Below, one piece after another: positions 1-11,510 of a stretch of 64,000 nt of DNA. The first letter of the stretch is position 1. Every line of letters starts with the position of its first letter. The stretch is from Eledone cirrhosa (taxonomy: Eukaryota): NCBI GenBank assembly GCA_964016885.1, contig OZ024748.1:17484001-17548000 (forward strand). Direction: 5' to 3'. The notes beneath the pieces were generated by a model. The model saw nothing but the letters and a program-made list of their open reading frames with translations. It had not been told where the DNA came from and did no database searches. The translations under genes were made by a program, and so were the position numbers.

Positions 1-510
1 CAGTTCCTTATATTAAACAAAAAAAGTTCATTATTTAACGATCGTTTCTAGGATATATATGTGTTAGAATTGGCATGCATATTCAACAGATCTATGTACA
101 AAATTATACAAAATTATACAAACTATCAAAATTAAATATACATACCCAACACATATATATGCCGTCTTCAGAAATAATTATTTCTGAAGACGGCATATAT
201 ATGTGTTTGGTATGTATATTTAATTTTGATAGTTTGTATAATTTTGTATAATTTTGTACATAGATCTGTTGAATATGCATGCCAATTCTAACACATATAT
301 ATCCTAGAAACGATCGTTAAATAATGAACTTTTTTTGTTTAATATAAGGAACTGTTTCATTGTTTTATTCATTATTTTTTTAATATTTTATCTTGACTCT
401 GTATTCCGTTTATCTTTCACCGAAAGTGATCTCTTCTTTCTATGATATCCGGATTACATTGAGTTCTTCATACGGATTGGACACTACCGTAAACTCTTGG
501 TAGATTTATC

Positions 511-512
<2 letters not shown>
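1..512 (+). mobile_element. PLE-type terminal-repeat fragment (family A): 354-bp palindrome plus unique 3' tail ending in (TA)n
   Basis: 1-177 is the near-perfect reverse complement of 178-354 (axis 177|178); it contains an HHR core; tail 355-512 runs into (TA)n. Confidence 0.75.
177..325 (+). ncRNA. Type I hammerhead ribozyme with very long stem II (mirror copy on minus strand at 30-178)
   Basis: attattt-CTGAAGA(184-190)-stem II (atatatatgtgtt/aacacatatatat)-GAAA(307-310)-C-gatc-G-TT-aaataat; 7-bp stem I; palindromic stem III ACGATCGT. Confidence 0.8.
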
Positions 513-548
<36 letters not shown>

Positions 549-604
549 TTGTAGGTGTATGTTAAAAGTTGATTGTAATAGATGGAGGTAAAGAATATAC
601 ATAC

Positions 605-637
<33 letters not shown>

Positions 638-640
638 TAT

Positions 641-696
<56 letters not shown>

Positions 697-820
697 GTAT
701 AGTGGTAGCTATGGTGCCTCCGTAGGCGTATGCCAAAATTAGCACTCGATATTTCATCAGAGTAGAGTGTAGATATTATCAAGAAAACGAAAAATGCATC
801 TCCGATTTTTCGTTTTCTTG

Positions 821-883
<63 letters not shown>

Positions 884-888
<5 letters not shown>

Positions 889-1087
889 AGTAAGTAAGAC
901 CCCGACGGCTGAGCTCAAGCCGTTTCGACGGCTAATTCTGTACTCAATTGAGTACAGAATTAGCCGTCGAAACGGCTTGAGCTCAGCCGTCGGGGTCTTA
1001 CTTACTCCTATTACCCACTCTACTACCCTAAGTATTGAGTACTTTGGTGCGTTATGGTCCACCTGGTTCCTTACCACTTTTCCCTCG

Positions 1088-1088
<1 letters not shown>
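884..1088 (+). mobile_element. Fold-back cassette family B (3' half of an HHR plus tail) between (TA)n
   Basis: Perfect palindrome 884-1011 (axis 947|948); GAAA-CGGCT-tgagctc-AGCCG-TC at 969-991; tail shared with 9476-9552 and 36943-36988. Confidence 0.75.
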
Positions 1089-1127
<39 letters not shown>

Positions 1128-1846
1128 TTCTTTGCTTTTTCCTCATATTAGATTAGTACCGTCTCTTTTGCACACTCTCACTCTCTCACCCCCTTCTCAC
1201 TCTCTCACCCCCTTCTCACTCTCTCACTCCCTTCTCACTCTCTCACTCCCTCTCACTCTCTCTCACTTTCTCTGTCTTTCTCCCTCTCTGCCGCACACCC
1301 CTTCTCCCTCCTCACTCTCTCTCACCCCTTCTCACTCTCTCTCCCTTTTCTCACTCTCTCTCAGCCCGTCTCTCTTTCTCTCACCCCTCCTCCCTCTTAG
1401 TCCCTCCTCTCTCTCTTCCTCCTGCCTCTCCCACTCATCACATCACCCTCCTCCTCCTCCTGTCACTCTCTCTTTCTCACCATTACACTACTTACACTTT
1501 ATCAAATATTTTAATTTCAGTAAAAATGTTTGAAACCATTATTATCATCATCATCATCATCATTATTATTATCAATATTATCAATATTGACATTACATTG
1601 GTGAGACACTCTGCCAGTGAAGAATATGAAGAAAGTAATGAACAACAACAACCACAACAATCTACACAAATCTTTCACTAAACTAACTGACAGTATTATA
1701 GAATTCATTTACCAAAGGTCACTCAATGCCAGGAGGATTCTTGCAAATTAAGTAATAAAGTGCAAGCAGTATATTCCAAAAATTTATCTTTAATTGAATA
1801 AAATTTCATTACCTGTGTTTAATTTCTATGAATGTTTTAGAAAATG

Positions 1847-1881
<35 letters not shown>

Positions 1882-2248
1882 TTGAAAAATTAATATATTT
1901 AAAACATATTTAAAATATCAATAACGCAAAATGAAAAAAATGTCTAATGTAACAGCTCCACAATGAAGAGTATGTATATGAAAGGTGACTTTTATATATA
2001 ATTAGAATATCATTGAAAGCTGACGTTTTAATGTGTTTCTAAGACATTTACCATTTTGGCAGCAAATTGGTAGAGCCGTTACAACATTTAGCACAATGTT
2101 CTGTTCTGGTGTAAATCTTTCTTTAGTTCTTGTCATTCTAAGTTCAGATTCCACTGTGCTTATATATATGTATATATATATATATATCTATATATATATG
2201 TGTGTGTGTATATATATATGTATATATATATATATATCTATATATATA

Positions 2249-2289
<41 letters not shown>

Positions 2290-2291
<2 letters not shown>

Positions 2292-2462
2292 TCACCATCA
2301 TCATCTTCTTCGTTTAACATCCATTTTCCACGCTAGCATGGGTTAGACGGGAGTTGTCCCACTTGAGGCAAGGTTGGTCGGGTGACCATGTCTCGCTCAT
2401 ATAGGACTATCTGGCAGGTTTTCTACGGCTGGATGCCCTTCCTAACACCAACCACATTTACA
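2290..2462 (-). mobile_element. RTE-type LINE 3' end fragment with (GAT)n tail
   Basis: Matches the 3' part of 43252-43870 (tggatgcccttcctaacacc, tcccacttgaggcaag). Confidence 0.75.
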
Positions 2463-2471
2463 TATATATAT

Positions 2472-2582
2472 ATTAAAATAAAAGATTAAATTTTAAGCAA
2501 AGAATCGCTGCTTTCACCCTTAACGGGATCTTCTGTTATCGAGCCCTCTTTGGATTTTAGTCTTCGCATTTATTATTTTTAC
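2472..2582 (+). mobile_element. Family D cassette: inverted HHR arm joined to an internally deleted tail
   Basis: 2472-2535 matches the left arm of 48727-48853; 2536-2582 matches the tail at 36635-36683 and the PLE end at 21418-21465. Confidence 0.75.
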
Positions 2583-2630
2583 TATATATATATATATATA
2601 TGTGTGTGTGTAAATATATATATATATATT

Positions 2631-2823
2631 TAATATAGAAATGGCTTCTACAGGACTAGAATTGTTTCATTTGGGAGAAATCATCAGGAAGCCTTTGATG
2701 ATTTCTCTTGAATGAAACAGTTCTAGTCCTGTAGCAGCCATTTCTATATTAGATATTTATACTCTGCTTTGTATTGAGTACCTTACTTACTGTGGTTACC
2801 CTCAATTGAAGCCAGGATAAACT
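2631..2823 (+). mobile_element. Fold-back cassette family C between (TA)n
   Basis: Imperfect palindrome 2631-2751 centred on the stem-I sequence gaagcc; tail contains gtattgagtac. Confidence 0.75.
2643..2693 (-). ncRNA. Type I hammerhead ribozyme (family C)
   Basis: Minus strand: ggcttc-CTGATGA-tttctcccaaat-GAAA-ca-attctagtcc-tg-TA-gaagcc. Confidence 0.75.
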
Positions 2824-2880
2824 TATATATATATTTATAATTTTTTTTTTGTTTAATTACATAATAAACAACACAATATA

Positions 2881-2958
2881 ATTATTCCATTACCAAAGGT
2901 TTCGAGAAACTAGACAATTCTTACAGAAACGTCCAGCCCATTTATCAGACAAAATAAT
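2881..2958 (-). ncRNA. Hammerhead-like motif, core CUGAUAA (probably decayed)
   Basis: Minus strand: attattttgt-CTGATAA-..ggctggac..gtctagtt..-GAAA-cc-ttt-gg-TA-atggaataat; 10-bp stem I including 3 G-U pairs. Confidence 0.6.
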
Positions 2959-3114
2959 TATATATAAATATATTTATATAAATATATTTATCTATATATA
3001 TATATAGAGAGAGAGAAAGAGATGTATGTAAAAGGTAAACAGAAATAACAACACAATCGGTACAGTATATGGAAGTAATATATTAGGTTAACGCTTGATA
3101 TAGCAGGAAGAGGG

Positions 3115-3151
3115 TCTTAACGTTTCGGATGCTAGTCCTTTCATAAGAAGA
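3115..3151 (-). ncRNA. Minimal hammerhead, decayed (G5 to U), in the inverted terminal repeat of a PLE
   Basis: Minus strand: tctt-CTTATGA-aa-gga-ctagca-tcc-GAAA-cg-TT-aaga. Confidence 0.6.
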
Positions 3152-3529
3152 AGGAATGATAAATAAGATAGATTGAGGGGATGGGTGGGTTGGAATTGGA
3201 AAAAATGTCTTTAGATAAAAATAACAGGTCCATTCATGTTGACATCTCTTGCAAAACTGTTGGTGGTGGCGTTAAGTGGATGATGGAGTGCATCTACCTG
3301 AAATGGAAAAAAAAACGTTTTGTAAAAAGAACTATACTTGTGCATGTGTGTTATTATACGTCCGTACGAAGCTAAGAAAAAATGTGTGTGTATATGTGAG
3401 TAAAAGAGTGTGTGTGCATGTAAGTACGAAGTTATGAGCAACAGTATGTTAATAGAAGGGTTTGTATGTGTGTACAGAGCAGTGAAGGGAAAAGTGGAGT
3501 GAGTATATATAGTCGGCCTGTATTAGTTG

Positions 3530-3819
3530 TAACCCGCGTTCCTTTCCCTCTCACCTACCACTCCGGTGACATATCTTCCGTTCCTTCCGCATCCTCTCTT
3601 CTGACCCCATCACTTCTCGCTTTTTTCCAAACCCACCCATTACAGCTTTTAAGTGTGCCCGCAACCTCCACGACCTCCTGGTTTGCAGTTCCTTCTCGTC
3701 CTCTCCCATGACTCCACCCGGCTCTCATCCTTGTTCCCCGTTCCCACTGCAACACTTGTCTCTTCATTTCCACCCTCACCACTCTTTCAGGCCCTAACGG
3801 GTCTTTCCATATCCACCAC

Positions 3820-3826
<7 letters not shown>
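3530..3826 (+). pseudogene. Penelope-like element ORF fragment (linker and Cys knuckle between RT and GIY-YIG), frameshifted
   Basis: TRVPFPLTYH...FRILSSDPITSRFFPNPPITAFKCARNLHDLLV...PGSHPCS...HCNTCLFI...GPNGSFHIHHSFT resembles the PLE linker pattern; truncated at (CA)n; preceded by an inverted HHR-bearing region (about 3030-3530). Confidence 0.8.
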
Positions 3827-3884
<58 letters not shown>

Positions 3885-4184
3885 ATTCAATTACACATCA
3901 TTATTTCCTAAATATATGTCCTAGAAAATGTCGAACATGAACCTAGATTAATGAAGGAAATATTTTTTGTATAAATTTTACCAATTTAATACGCTGAAGA
4001 AAAAATTGCAAAATCTTGCTGGAAGAATCTTGAGAATTTGCAGCATATGCATTTTCCATATAGATTTTAATAAAATATTTCAGAATTCTTTCATTTACAT
4101 ATTCTTCAATATAATCACATTAAATCTTTTTTTTTTTTAACATTGTGTGTGTATATATGTATATATATATAGACAAATTGGCAA

Positions 4185-4348
4185 TCATTAAGATGTCGAA
4201 GATGCTACTTTTTTCCTTAAATAACTCTTAAAAATCTACCATGGATCCTGCAGGCTAAAAGTTGACTACTATTTTTTTTCAAATTTTTGGTTCTCAAAAT
4301 TAGGGTGTGTCCCCAAGGACGAAGCGTCTTTGGCGCCGGGAAATAGTG
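4185..4348. mobile_element. Tigger/pogo-like MITE remnant
   Basis: Reverse-complement similarity to 31903-31960 and 32200-32302 (ends gggaaatacggta). Confidence 0.5.
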
Positions 4349-4559
4349 CTTATGTATATAAGAAGGTGCATGGCTTAGGGGTGAGAGATTTGTATTTCTG
4401 CCAGAAGTTGCAACATGTAGATAGTATCAGTGATGGAAAGACCAATGGAAACATTGTTTCCTTGTTCTGATTTGATGACTTCCACCCAAATCGGTAAATT
4501 AATGAAGTTGGATCTTGTTGATTGATTCCCATTCTTCTATATATATATATATATATATA

Positions 4560-4732
4560 AGACGCTGTAGAGGTAGACCATGAAAAACATGGGAGGAGGT
4601 GGTGAGAGCAGATCACTGAAACTCACCGAGGAGATGACGAAGGACCGTGACAAGTGGAGAGATGCTGTGCTGAATAGGACCCGTCCAACCCTTGCAACCA
4701 GGGAAAAGCAGACGTAAAATGATGATGATGAT
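4560..4732 (+). mobile_element. RTE-clade LINE 3' end
   Basis: Encodes RGRP*KTWEEVVRAD...MTKDRDKWRDAVLNRTRP; ends gacgtaaaat(GAT)n. Confidence 0.75.
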
Positions 4733-5993
4733 AAGGATGATATATATATATAGATATATATATATATTTGTGTATGTGTCTGTGTGTGAGTGAATATGTA
4801 TATATCATCATCAGCGTTTCACATCCATTTTCCACACTATCATGAGGTGTGTGTGTGCCTTAGTAGTTAGGGTATTCAGTGGTATGTTTTGTTCTTGAGC
4901 AAGACAATATATTTCATGATATTTCAGCCTAGCCACACTCTGTATCACACTGAATCTTCCTGAGAATTATGTTATGGTTATACAAGTCTGTAGAATGCTC
5001 AGCCACTTGTAATGAATTTCTCACGTAGGCTGTTCTTTTGATGAAATTACCTGCAACACTCATCATCACAACTGTCACAGAGCCATCACCAACAACAACA
5101 CAGAACAATAACAACAAAAGCAACAACAATGACGACAACAAAAATGACAAAAGCAACAACACCTAGGACAACAATAACAACAACAAAAGCAATAACAACT
5201 ACATCAAAACCTAGCACAAGAACCAGAACTACTCCAAATTCAACATCCACCACCACAACAACAACAAAACAAAAGTAACAACACTCAGGACAACAATAAC
5301 AACTATATCAAAACCCAGAACAACTGCAAATTCAACATCCACAACAACAACAACAAGAAAATAAAAGTAACAACACCCAGGACAACGATAACAACAACAA
5401 ACACAATAACAACTATATCAAAACCTAGAACAATTCAATATTCACAACAACCACAACAACAACAGCAACAACAACAAAATAAAAAGATTTAAAATGAAGG
5501 CTCAGACAATAAAAACGAATTAGACAAGAAACAGACAGAGTTACTGATTGATTGATCTGATAGAAAGTGTTTTATATAGATCAATATAGAAATATGTTTA
5601 TTAATTGAATATTTTTAATCCTTTGAGTGGGACTTAGCAACTATTGTTACCATTTTAAACTGTTGATTTTACTTTAGTCAGCAACAATATCAACTCTAGC
5701 CACCATCTTCTTCTTCGCCACCTTCTTCTTCTGCCTTCTTCTTCTTCGTCTTCTTGCCTTCTTCTTCTTCTTCTACCTTCTTCGTCTTCTTTGCCTTCTT
5801 CTTCTTCTACCTTCTTCTACCTTCTTCTTTTTCTTCTTCTGCCTTCTTCTTCTTCGTCTTCTTGCCTTCTTCTTCTTCTTCTTCTACCTTCTTCGTCTTC
5901 TTTGCCTTCTTCTTCTACCTTCTTCTTTTTCTTCTTCTACCTTCTTCTTCTTCTTCTTCTTCTCCTTCACAATTGCACTGTGTGATGCTGAAT

Positions 5994-6378
5994 CATCAGC
6001 ATTTTACGTCCGCTTTTCCCTGCTTGCAAGGATGGGACGGGAACTGATTCTGGCTTGATTTCTACAGCTGGATGCCCTTCCTAACACCAACCTCATTTAC
6101 AGTGAGTGCTGGGTGCTTTTTTTTTTTCTGTGGCGTCTACACATCCACTTTACAGTGTGGACTGGGTGCTTTTTTGCCGTGGCACCTCCACGACCACTTT
6201 GCAGTGGAATGATAGGGACCCCAGTCCCTATCATCTCATTTCTACAGCTGAGTAAACTGGAGAAATGTGAAATAAAGTGTCTTGCTCAAGGAAACAACAC
6301 ATCACCCAGTCTGAGAATTGAACTCACAACCTTTTGATTGCAAGGCCAATGCTCTAACCACTAAGCCATGTGCTCTCC
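5994..6378 (-). mobile_element. tRNA-derived SINE family B
   Basis: Reverse complement of 7654-7998. Confidence 0.85.
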
Positions 6379-6505
6379 CTTAGAATTCCATGAAGGGTAT
6401 ATTCTGCATGTCTGTGGACCCTACCATAGTAAATTCTGTACTCTTGTACATGTATGACAATGACAAATGCATACAAAACTGACACACTTGCCAAACATAA
6501 TTTAA

Positions 6506-6694
6506 CCCTTTAGCATTTACATTACTTTATATAAACTATTATGTTTTTGTGGTAAACACTTCATCTCCCATAAATATCTCATATAATATTATTTATTTTG
6601 AGAACAATACCTTAACATAAGTATGAGTGGCCAGTTTGAACACAAAGAGGTGAGAGAATTCTGGCCGGATATGGCTGGTTTAAATACTAAAGGG
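6506..6694. mobile_element. piggyBac-type MITE
   Basis: TTAA-CCCTTTAG ... CTAAAGGG-TTAA; further copies at 16517-17139, about 32984-33394 and a partial at 49060-49242. Confidence 0.85.
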
Positions 6695-6715
6695 TTAAAA
6701 TAATTTCATTTAGAA

Positions 6716-6883
6716 GGGTGGTGGATTGGCAGTATCGGTAGAAGGTCGGACGCCATGCTTTGCAGCAAAGAGTTACGGCCCTTTGTGGTCTGAGTTCAAA
6801 TCCCGCCGAGGTTAACTTTGTCTTTCATCCTTACGAGGTCGATAAAATAAAGTACCAGTAATGCACTGAGATAATTGTTGGCC
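6716..6883 (+). mobile_element. tRNA-derived SINE family A (Meta/Sauria-like central domain)
   Basis: ggcagtatcggtag (A box-like), gagttcaaatccc (B box), ctttcatccttacgaggtcgataaaat core; more than 15 copies or fragments in the window. Confidence 0.85.
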
Positions 6884-7201
6884 TATTTCATTTAGAAGAA
6901 AGAGGGAAAGAAATACATAACTTGAGGAATGGAGTGTACATTATAGGGCTAGCTAGCTTAGGGTACAGGATAGACCGAAGACAGCCCTGGGCCCTGACAA
7001 TGTTGTGACCAATTTATGGATGGGGAGGGTTTGAAGGGGTTTATTATGTCCTCTTATAAATGTGTGTCAGTGATGTGATGTGAAGACTAATGGCTTATGT
7101 GTGTATCTCAATAGAATTATTGAAGCAACACCTATATTTTCTGTGTCTAGAACTAGGTGACGTTAAGAAGATTACAAGAAAAAATCACTTTATTTTTTAT
7201 C

Positions 7202-7233
<32 letters not shown>

Positions 7234-7653
7234 ATATATATTATATATACATATATATATGAGTGTGTATGTGTGTATAAATATATAAACGTATATATCA
7301 GTGTGTGTATATATATATATATATACATACACATATATGAGTGTTTGTATATATATATATATATATATGTGTATATAAATATGTGTATATATATATATGT
7401 GTGTGTATATCTATATATGTGTGTACATATGACATGTGTTATGTTTCTTAGCTTGATTGAATAAGAATGGATTTACAGTTTGGTAAGTCTTGGGAAAAGC
7501 TAGTGAACTGCAACATACCAAAAGACAGAAATACTTCAAGACATCTTAACTGATGTTTGCACTGAACTATGGCTTTTTTTATATCTTTATTATTCATTAC
7601 ATTACATGATTTCCCATAAGTCTTGAGCAAAAATATAGGTGTATATATATAAT

Positions 7654-7998
7654 GGAGGCACATGGCTTAGTGGTTAGAGCATTGGCCTTGCAATCGAATG
7701 GTTGGGAGTTCAATTCTCAGACCGGGCGATGTGTTGTTTCCTTGAGCAAGACACTTTATTTCACATTGCTCCAGTTTACTCAGCTGTAGAAATGAGATGA
7801 TAGGGACTGGGGTCCCTATCATTCCACTGTAAAGTGGACGTGTAGGTGCCACGGCAAAAAAGCACCCAGCACTCACTGTAAATGAAGTTGGTGTTAGGAA
7901 GGGCATCCAGCTGTAGAAATCAAGCCAGCATCAGTTCCCGTCCCACCCATGCAAGCAGAGAAAAAGTGGACGTTAAATGAAATGATGATGATGATGAT
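7654..7998 (+). mobile_element. tRNA-derived SINE family B, full length, with RTE-derived (GAT)n tail
   Basis: tggcttagtgg (A box), gagttcaattc (B box), ccttgagcaagacactt core, tail ggacgttaaatgaaatgatgatg. Confidence 0.9.
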
Positions 7999-8117
7999 AT
8001 ATATATACACACGTATATATATATATATTTATGTGTGTGTATGTATATATATATATATATAAATACACACACAGACACACATATATATATATATATATTT
8101 ATGTGTATGTGTATATA

Positions 8118-8169
<52 letters not shown>

Positions 8170-8184
8170 CACACACAGACACAC

Positions 8185-8236
<52 letters not shown>

Positions 8237-8350
8237 ATATATATATATGTGTGTATATGTGTATGTGTGTGTATATATATATAGAGAGAGAGAGTGAGAG
8301 AAATAGATGGATAGATACATACATAGATATATATATACATATAAATATAT

Positions 8351-8382
<32 letters not shown>

Positions 8383-8561
8383 GTGTCTGTGTGTGGAGGG
8401 GTGTATATGCATATATGTCTATGTGAAATGAAATGGTCTTCCATTAAAGAATGGAGAAAGACCACAGTGAAAGTAAAGTACTCAATACATTAAGTAGAGA
8501 GAGTACTTAATTTTATTTCAAATAAAAGTCACTTCTATATATGTGTATGTGTTTCTGTCTG

Positions 8562-9128
8562 TCATCATTATTATCATCATCATCATCATCATCGTCATCA
8601 TTTTCATCATCATCATTGTTGTCATCATCATCGTCGTCATTTTCATCCCCATCATCATCATCGTCATTTTCATCCACATCATCACCATCATCATCGCCAT
8701 CATCATCATCATCATCGCCATCATCACCATCATCATCGTCATTTTCATCATTACCATCATCATCATTACCATCATCATCATTACCATCATTACCATCATC
8801 ATCATCATTATCGCCATCATCATCGTCATTTTCATCAACATCATCACCATCATCATCACCATCATCATCATCATCATCGTCGTCATCGCCATCATCATCA
8901 TCATTATCGCTGTCATCATCATCATCATCGCTGTCATCATCATCATCATCGCCATCATCATCATCATCATTGCCATCATCATCATCATCATCATCGCCGT
9001 CATCATCATCATCATCATTGCCATCATCATCATCATCATTGCCATCATCATCATCATCATCATCATCATCATTGTCATCATAATCATCCTTGTCGTCATC
9101 ATTGTCATCATCATCATCATCATCATCA
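8562..9128. repeat. (CAT)n-type trinucleotide microsatellite
   Basis: Direct inspection; explains the poly-D/M/S/I ORFs. Confidence 0.95.
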
Positions 9129-9344
9129 CTGTTTAACATCTATTTTCCATGCTTCTCAGTCAGGCTATCACATTAAGAGGTCAGACATATCAAGGGACAT
9201 GTCTCCCACTAACCATCCAATAAAATTCTAATATTAAATACTTACACTTAACATTTTAAATACAAAGTGAGAAATACAATATTGGATAGACTTTAAAAAA
9301 CTGGGAGCCAAATTAAATTAGTCATTTAACTTATATATATATAT

Positions 9345-9552
9345 ATAGGAACGAGTAGGACCCCAACGGCTGAGCTCAAGCCATATCGACGGCTAATTCT
9401 GGACTAAATGTTTTAGTCCAGAATTAGCCGTCGAAACGGCTTGAGCTCAGCCGTCGGGGTCCTACTCGTTCCTATTACCCACTTTACTACCCTAAGTATT
9501 GAGTACTTTGGTGTGTTATGGTCCACCTGGTTCCTTACCACATTTCCTTTGT
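9345..9552 (+). mobile_element. Fold-back cassette family B, second copy
   Basis: Palindrome 9345-9475 with a different loop (ggactaaatgttttagtcc); same GAAACGGCT...AGCCGTC and tail. Confidence 0.8.
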
Positions 9553-9567
9553 TATATATATATAGAT

Positions 9568-9620
9568 GAGATTCTACAGGACTAGAACTGTTTCATTCTT
9601 TAGAAATCATCAGGAATCTC
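9568..9620 (-). ncRNA. Stand-alone type I hammerhead ribozyme (family C) between (TA)n
   Basis: Minus strand: gagattc-CTGATGA-tttctaaagaat-GAAA-cag-ttctagtc-ctg-TA-gaatctc. Confidence 0.85.
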
Positions 9621-9665
9621 TCTATATATATACACACGCACATATATATATATATAATCTCTCTC

Positions 9666-9715
<50 letters not shown>

Positions 9716-9800
9716 GGGAGAGTTGTGTATGCACACACACACACAAATGTCTATATATACATACACACTCATATATATATATGTGTGTATATATATATAT

Positions 9801-10397
9801 GTCAGGTCACCAATTGGTGCTACTGATAACATGTATCCCAGTACAACCTGTCCCATGGTCGGGTCGTTGGCGACTAAACTGGCAACACCACCAAGGTTTC
9901 TTGGTGAGGAGGGTGACTTTGGACATCCTGCAGGACTAAAAACAAAACCTGTCAAAAGGCAAAGGAGCTCTTAAGAGTCAATGGCCATCCAAAATCACCG
10001 GGAGAGATGATCCCTTAGCCTTTGTCAAGGCAGAATACTAGAAGGAAAACTCTGATATAACACCTGATGGTATCCAATGATGTTGATTTGTTCTTCTTTT
10101 TGGTAAATATCATCTTGGTTAAGAGAGTGGGACTGGCTTTGTGCAGTGCCTTTGCCTACTATAAAAGCTTCACGGCACAGGCATTGCTTTATATCTGGAG
10201 ATCTCTCTGCATTTGTCGTCACATGGTACCATGGGCCCAGCACTATGTGTCAATAATTGTCACAAGTGTAGTGTTTGTACCAGAGCTTTCAAGTCGCTGG
10301 CTGGACTAAAAAGTCACACTCGTTCAAGAGCATCGGTAGGGGTTCTCCTACATGGATATAAATAGTGGCCGTACTCGAAAACGAGTTGGCAGCCACC
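9801..10397 (+). mobile_element. Non-autonomous retroelement with RTE-like 5'UTR, flanked by (TA)n
   Basis: Highly similar to 61683-62250; contains the RTE 5'UTR-like motif agaaggaaaactctga. Confidence 0.65.
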
Positions 10398-10423
<26 letters not shown>

Positions 10424-10429
<6 letters not shown>

Positions 10430-10544
10430 ATAAATCGAGCTGGATAATTGCTTCTATCTTTCTATTAATATATATCAATCTATCTATCTAGTCATCAATC
10501 TTTATCTCCCCACCCTGCCATATATATATGTATATATATATGTG

Positions 10545-10585
<41 letters not shown>

Positions 10586-10742
10586 TATATATATATGTGA
10601 ACCTAATAAACCTTTATTTGTCTGCCTCTCTGTGTTGTTCCCATCTAAATTTGCACTATATATATATATATATATATATATAGTGCAAATTTAGATGGGA
10701 ACAAAACAGAGAGGCAGACAAATAAAGGTTTATTAGGTTCAC

Positions 10743-10781
<39 letters not shown>

Positions 10782-10879
10782 ATGGCAGGGTGGGGAGATA
10801 AAGATTGATGACTAGATAGATAGATTGATATATATTAATAGAAAGATAGAAGCAATTATCCAGCTCGATTTATAACAAT
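10424..10879. repeat. Long inverted duplication centred on (TA)n
   Basis: 10424-10656 is the reverse complement of 10683-10879; internal TA tract lengths differ. Confidence 0.9.
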
Positions 10880-11510
10880 CACAATAATTGGGTATGTCAT
10901 GTTGATTGCAGAAGTTATTAAAATTAATTATATATCACAGACACACACCCATATATATATATATGTATATATATATATATGTATATGTGTGTGTGTATGT
11001 GTGTCAATAATTATTGCATTAAAATGCAGAATGGAAGCAGAGACTAAATAAAGCAATGAGGGGATGCCAAGAATGGAGAGTAAATTATCATTTCAGTTGA
11101 TCCAACACGATAGCACTTGTATGTGTGTGTATGTGTGTATATATATATGTGCGTATATATATATATATATATGTGTGTATGTGCGTATATATATATATAT
11201 ATATATACGTGTGTGTGTATGTGTGTATATATACACATACACATACACACACATACATACACATACACACACATATATATGTATATACATACATAGACAT
11301 ACATATATATATATGCATTTATATATATGCATATATATATGCATATATATATATACACATACACACTCATATATGTATATATATATACACACACACATAT
11401 ATATACATACATATATATATATACATACACACACATATATATATATATAGAGAGAGAGAGAGAAAGAGAGTAATCATCATCATCATCATCATTTTACGTC
11501 CGCTTTTAAT

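Noticed and set aside
740-826. CTGATGA on the minus strand beside a hairpin (also about 53650)
   Set aside because: No properly placed stem II, GAAA and NUH
884-1011. Palindromes as TA-TSD Tc1/mariner MITEs or pre-miRNAs
   Set aside because: An asymmetric extra tail, variable axes, HHR motifs and linkage to a PLE end fit retro-derived fold-backs better
1520-1751. Possible plus-strand exon after tttcag
   Set aside because: Short frames with stops, partly simple repeat, no recognisable homology
7654-7730. tRNA genes
   Set aside because: The A/B boxes are SINE heads; no complete cloverleaf is present
9830-9885. HDV-like ribozyme at the 5' end of the RTE-like element
   Set aside because: ccagt/actgg and ctaa are suggestive, but P1/P3 spacing could not be fitted by eye
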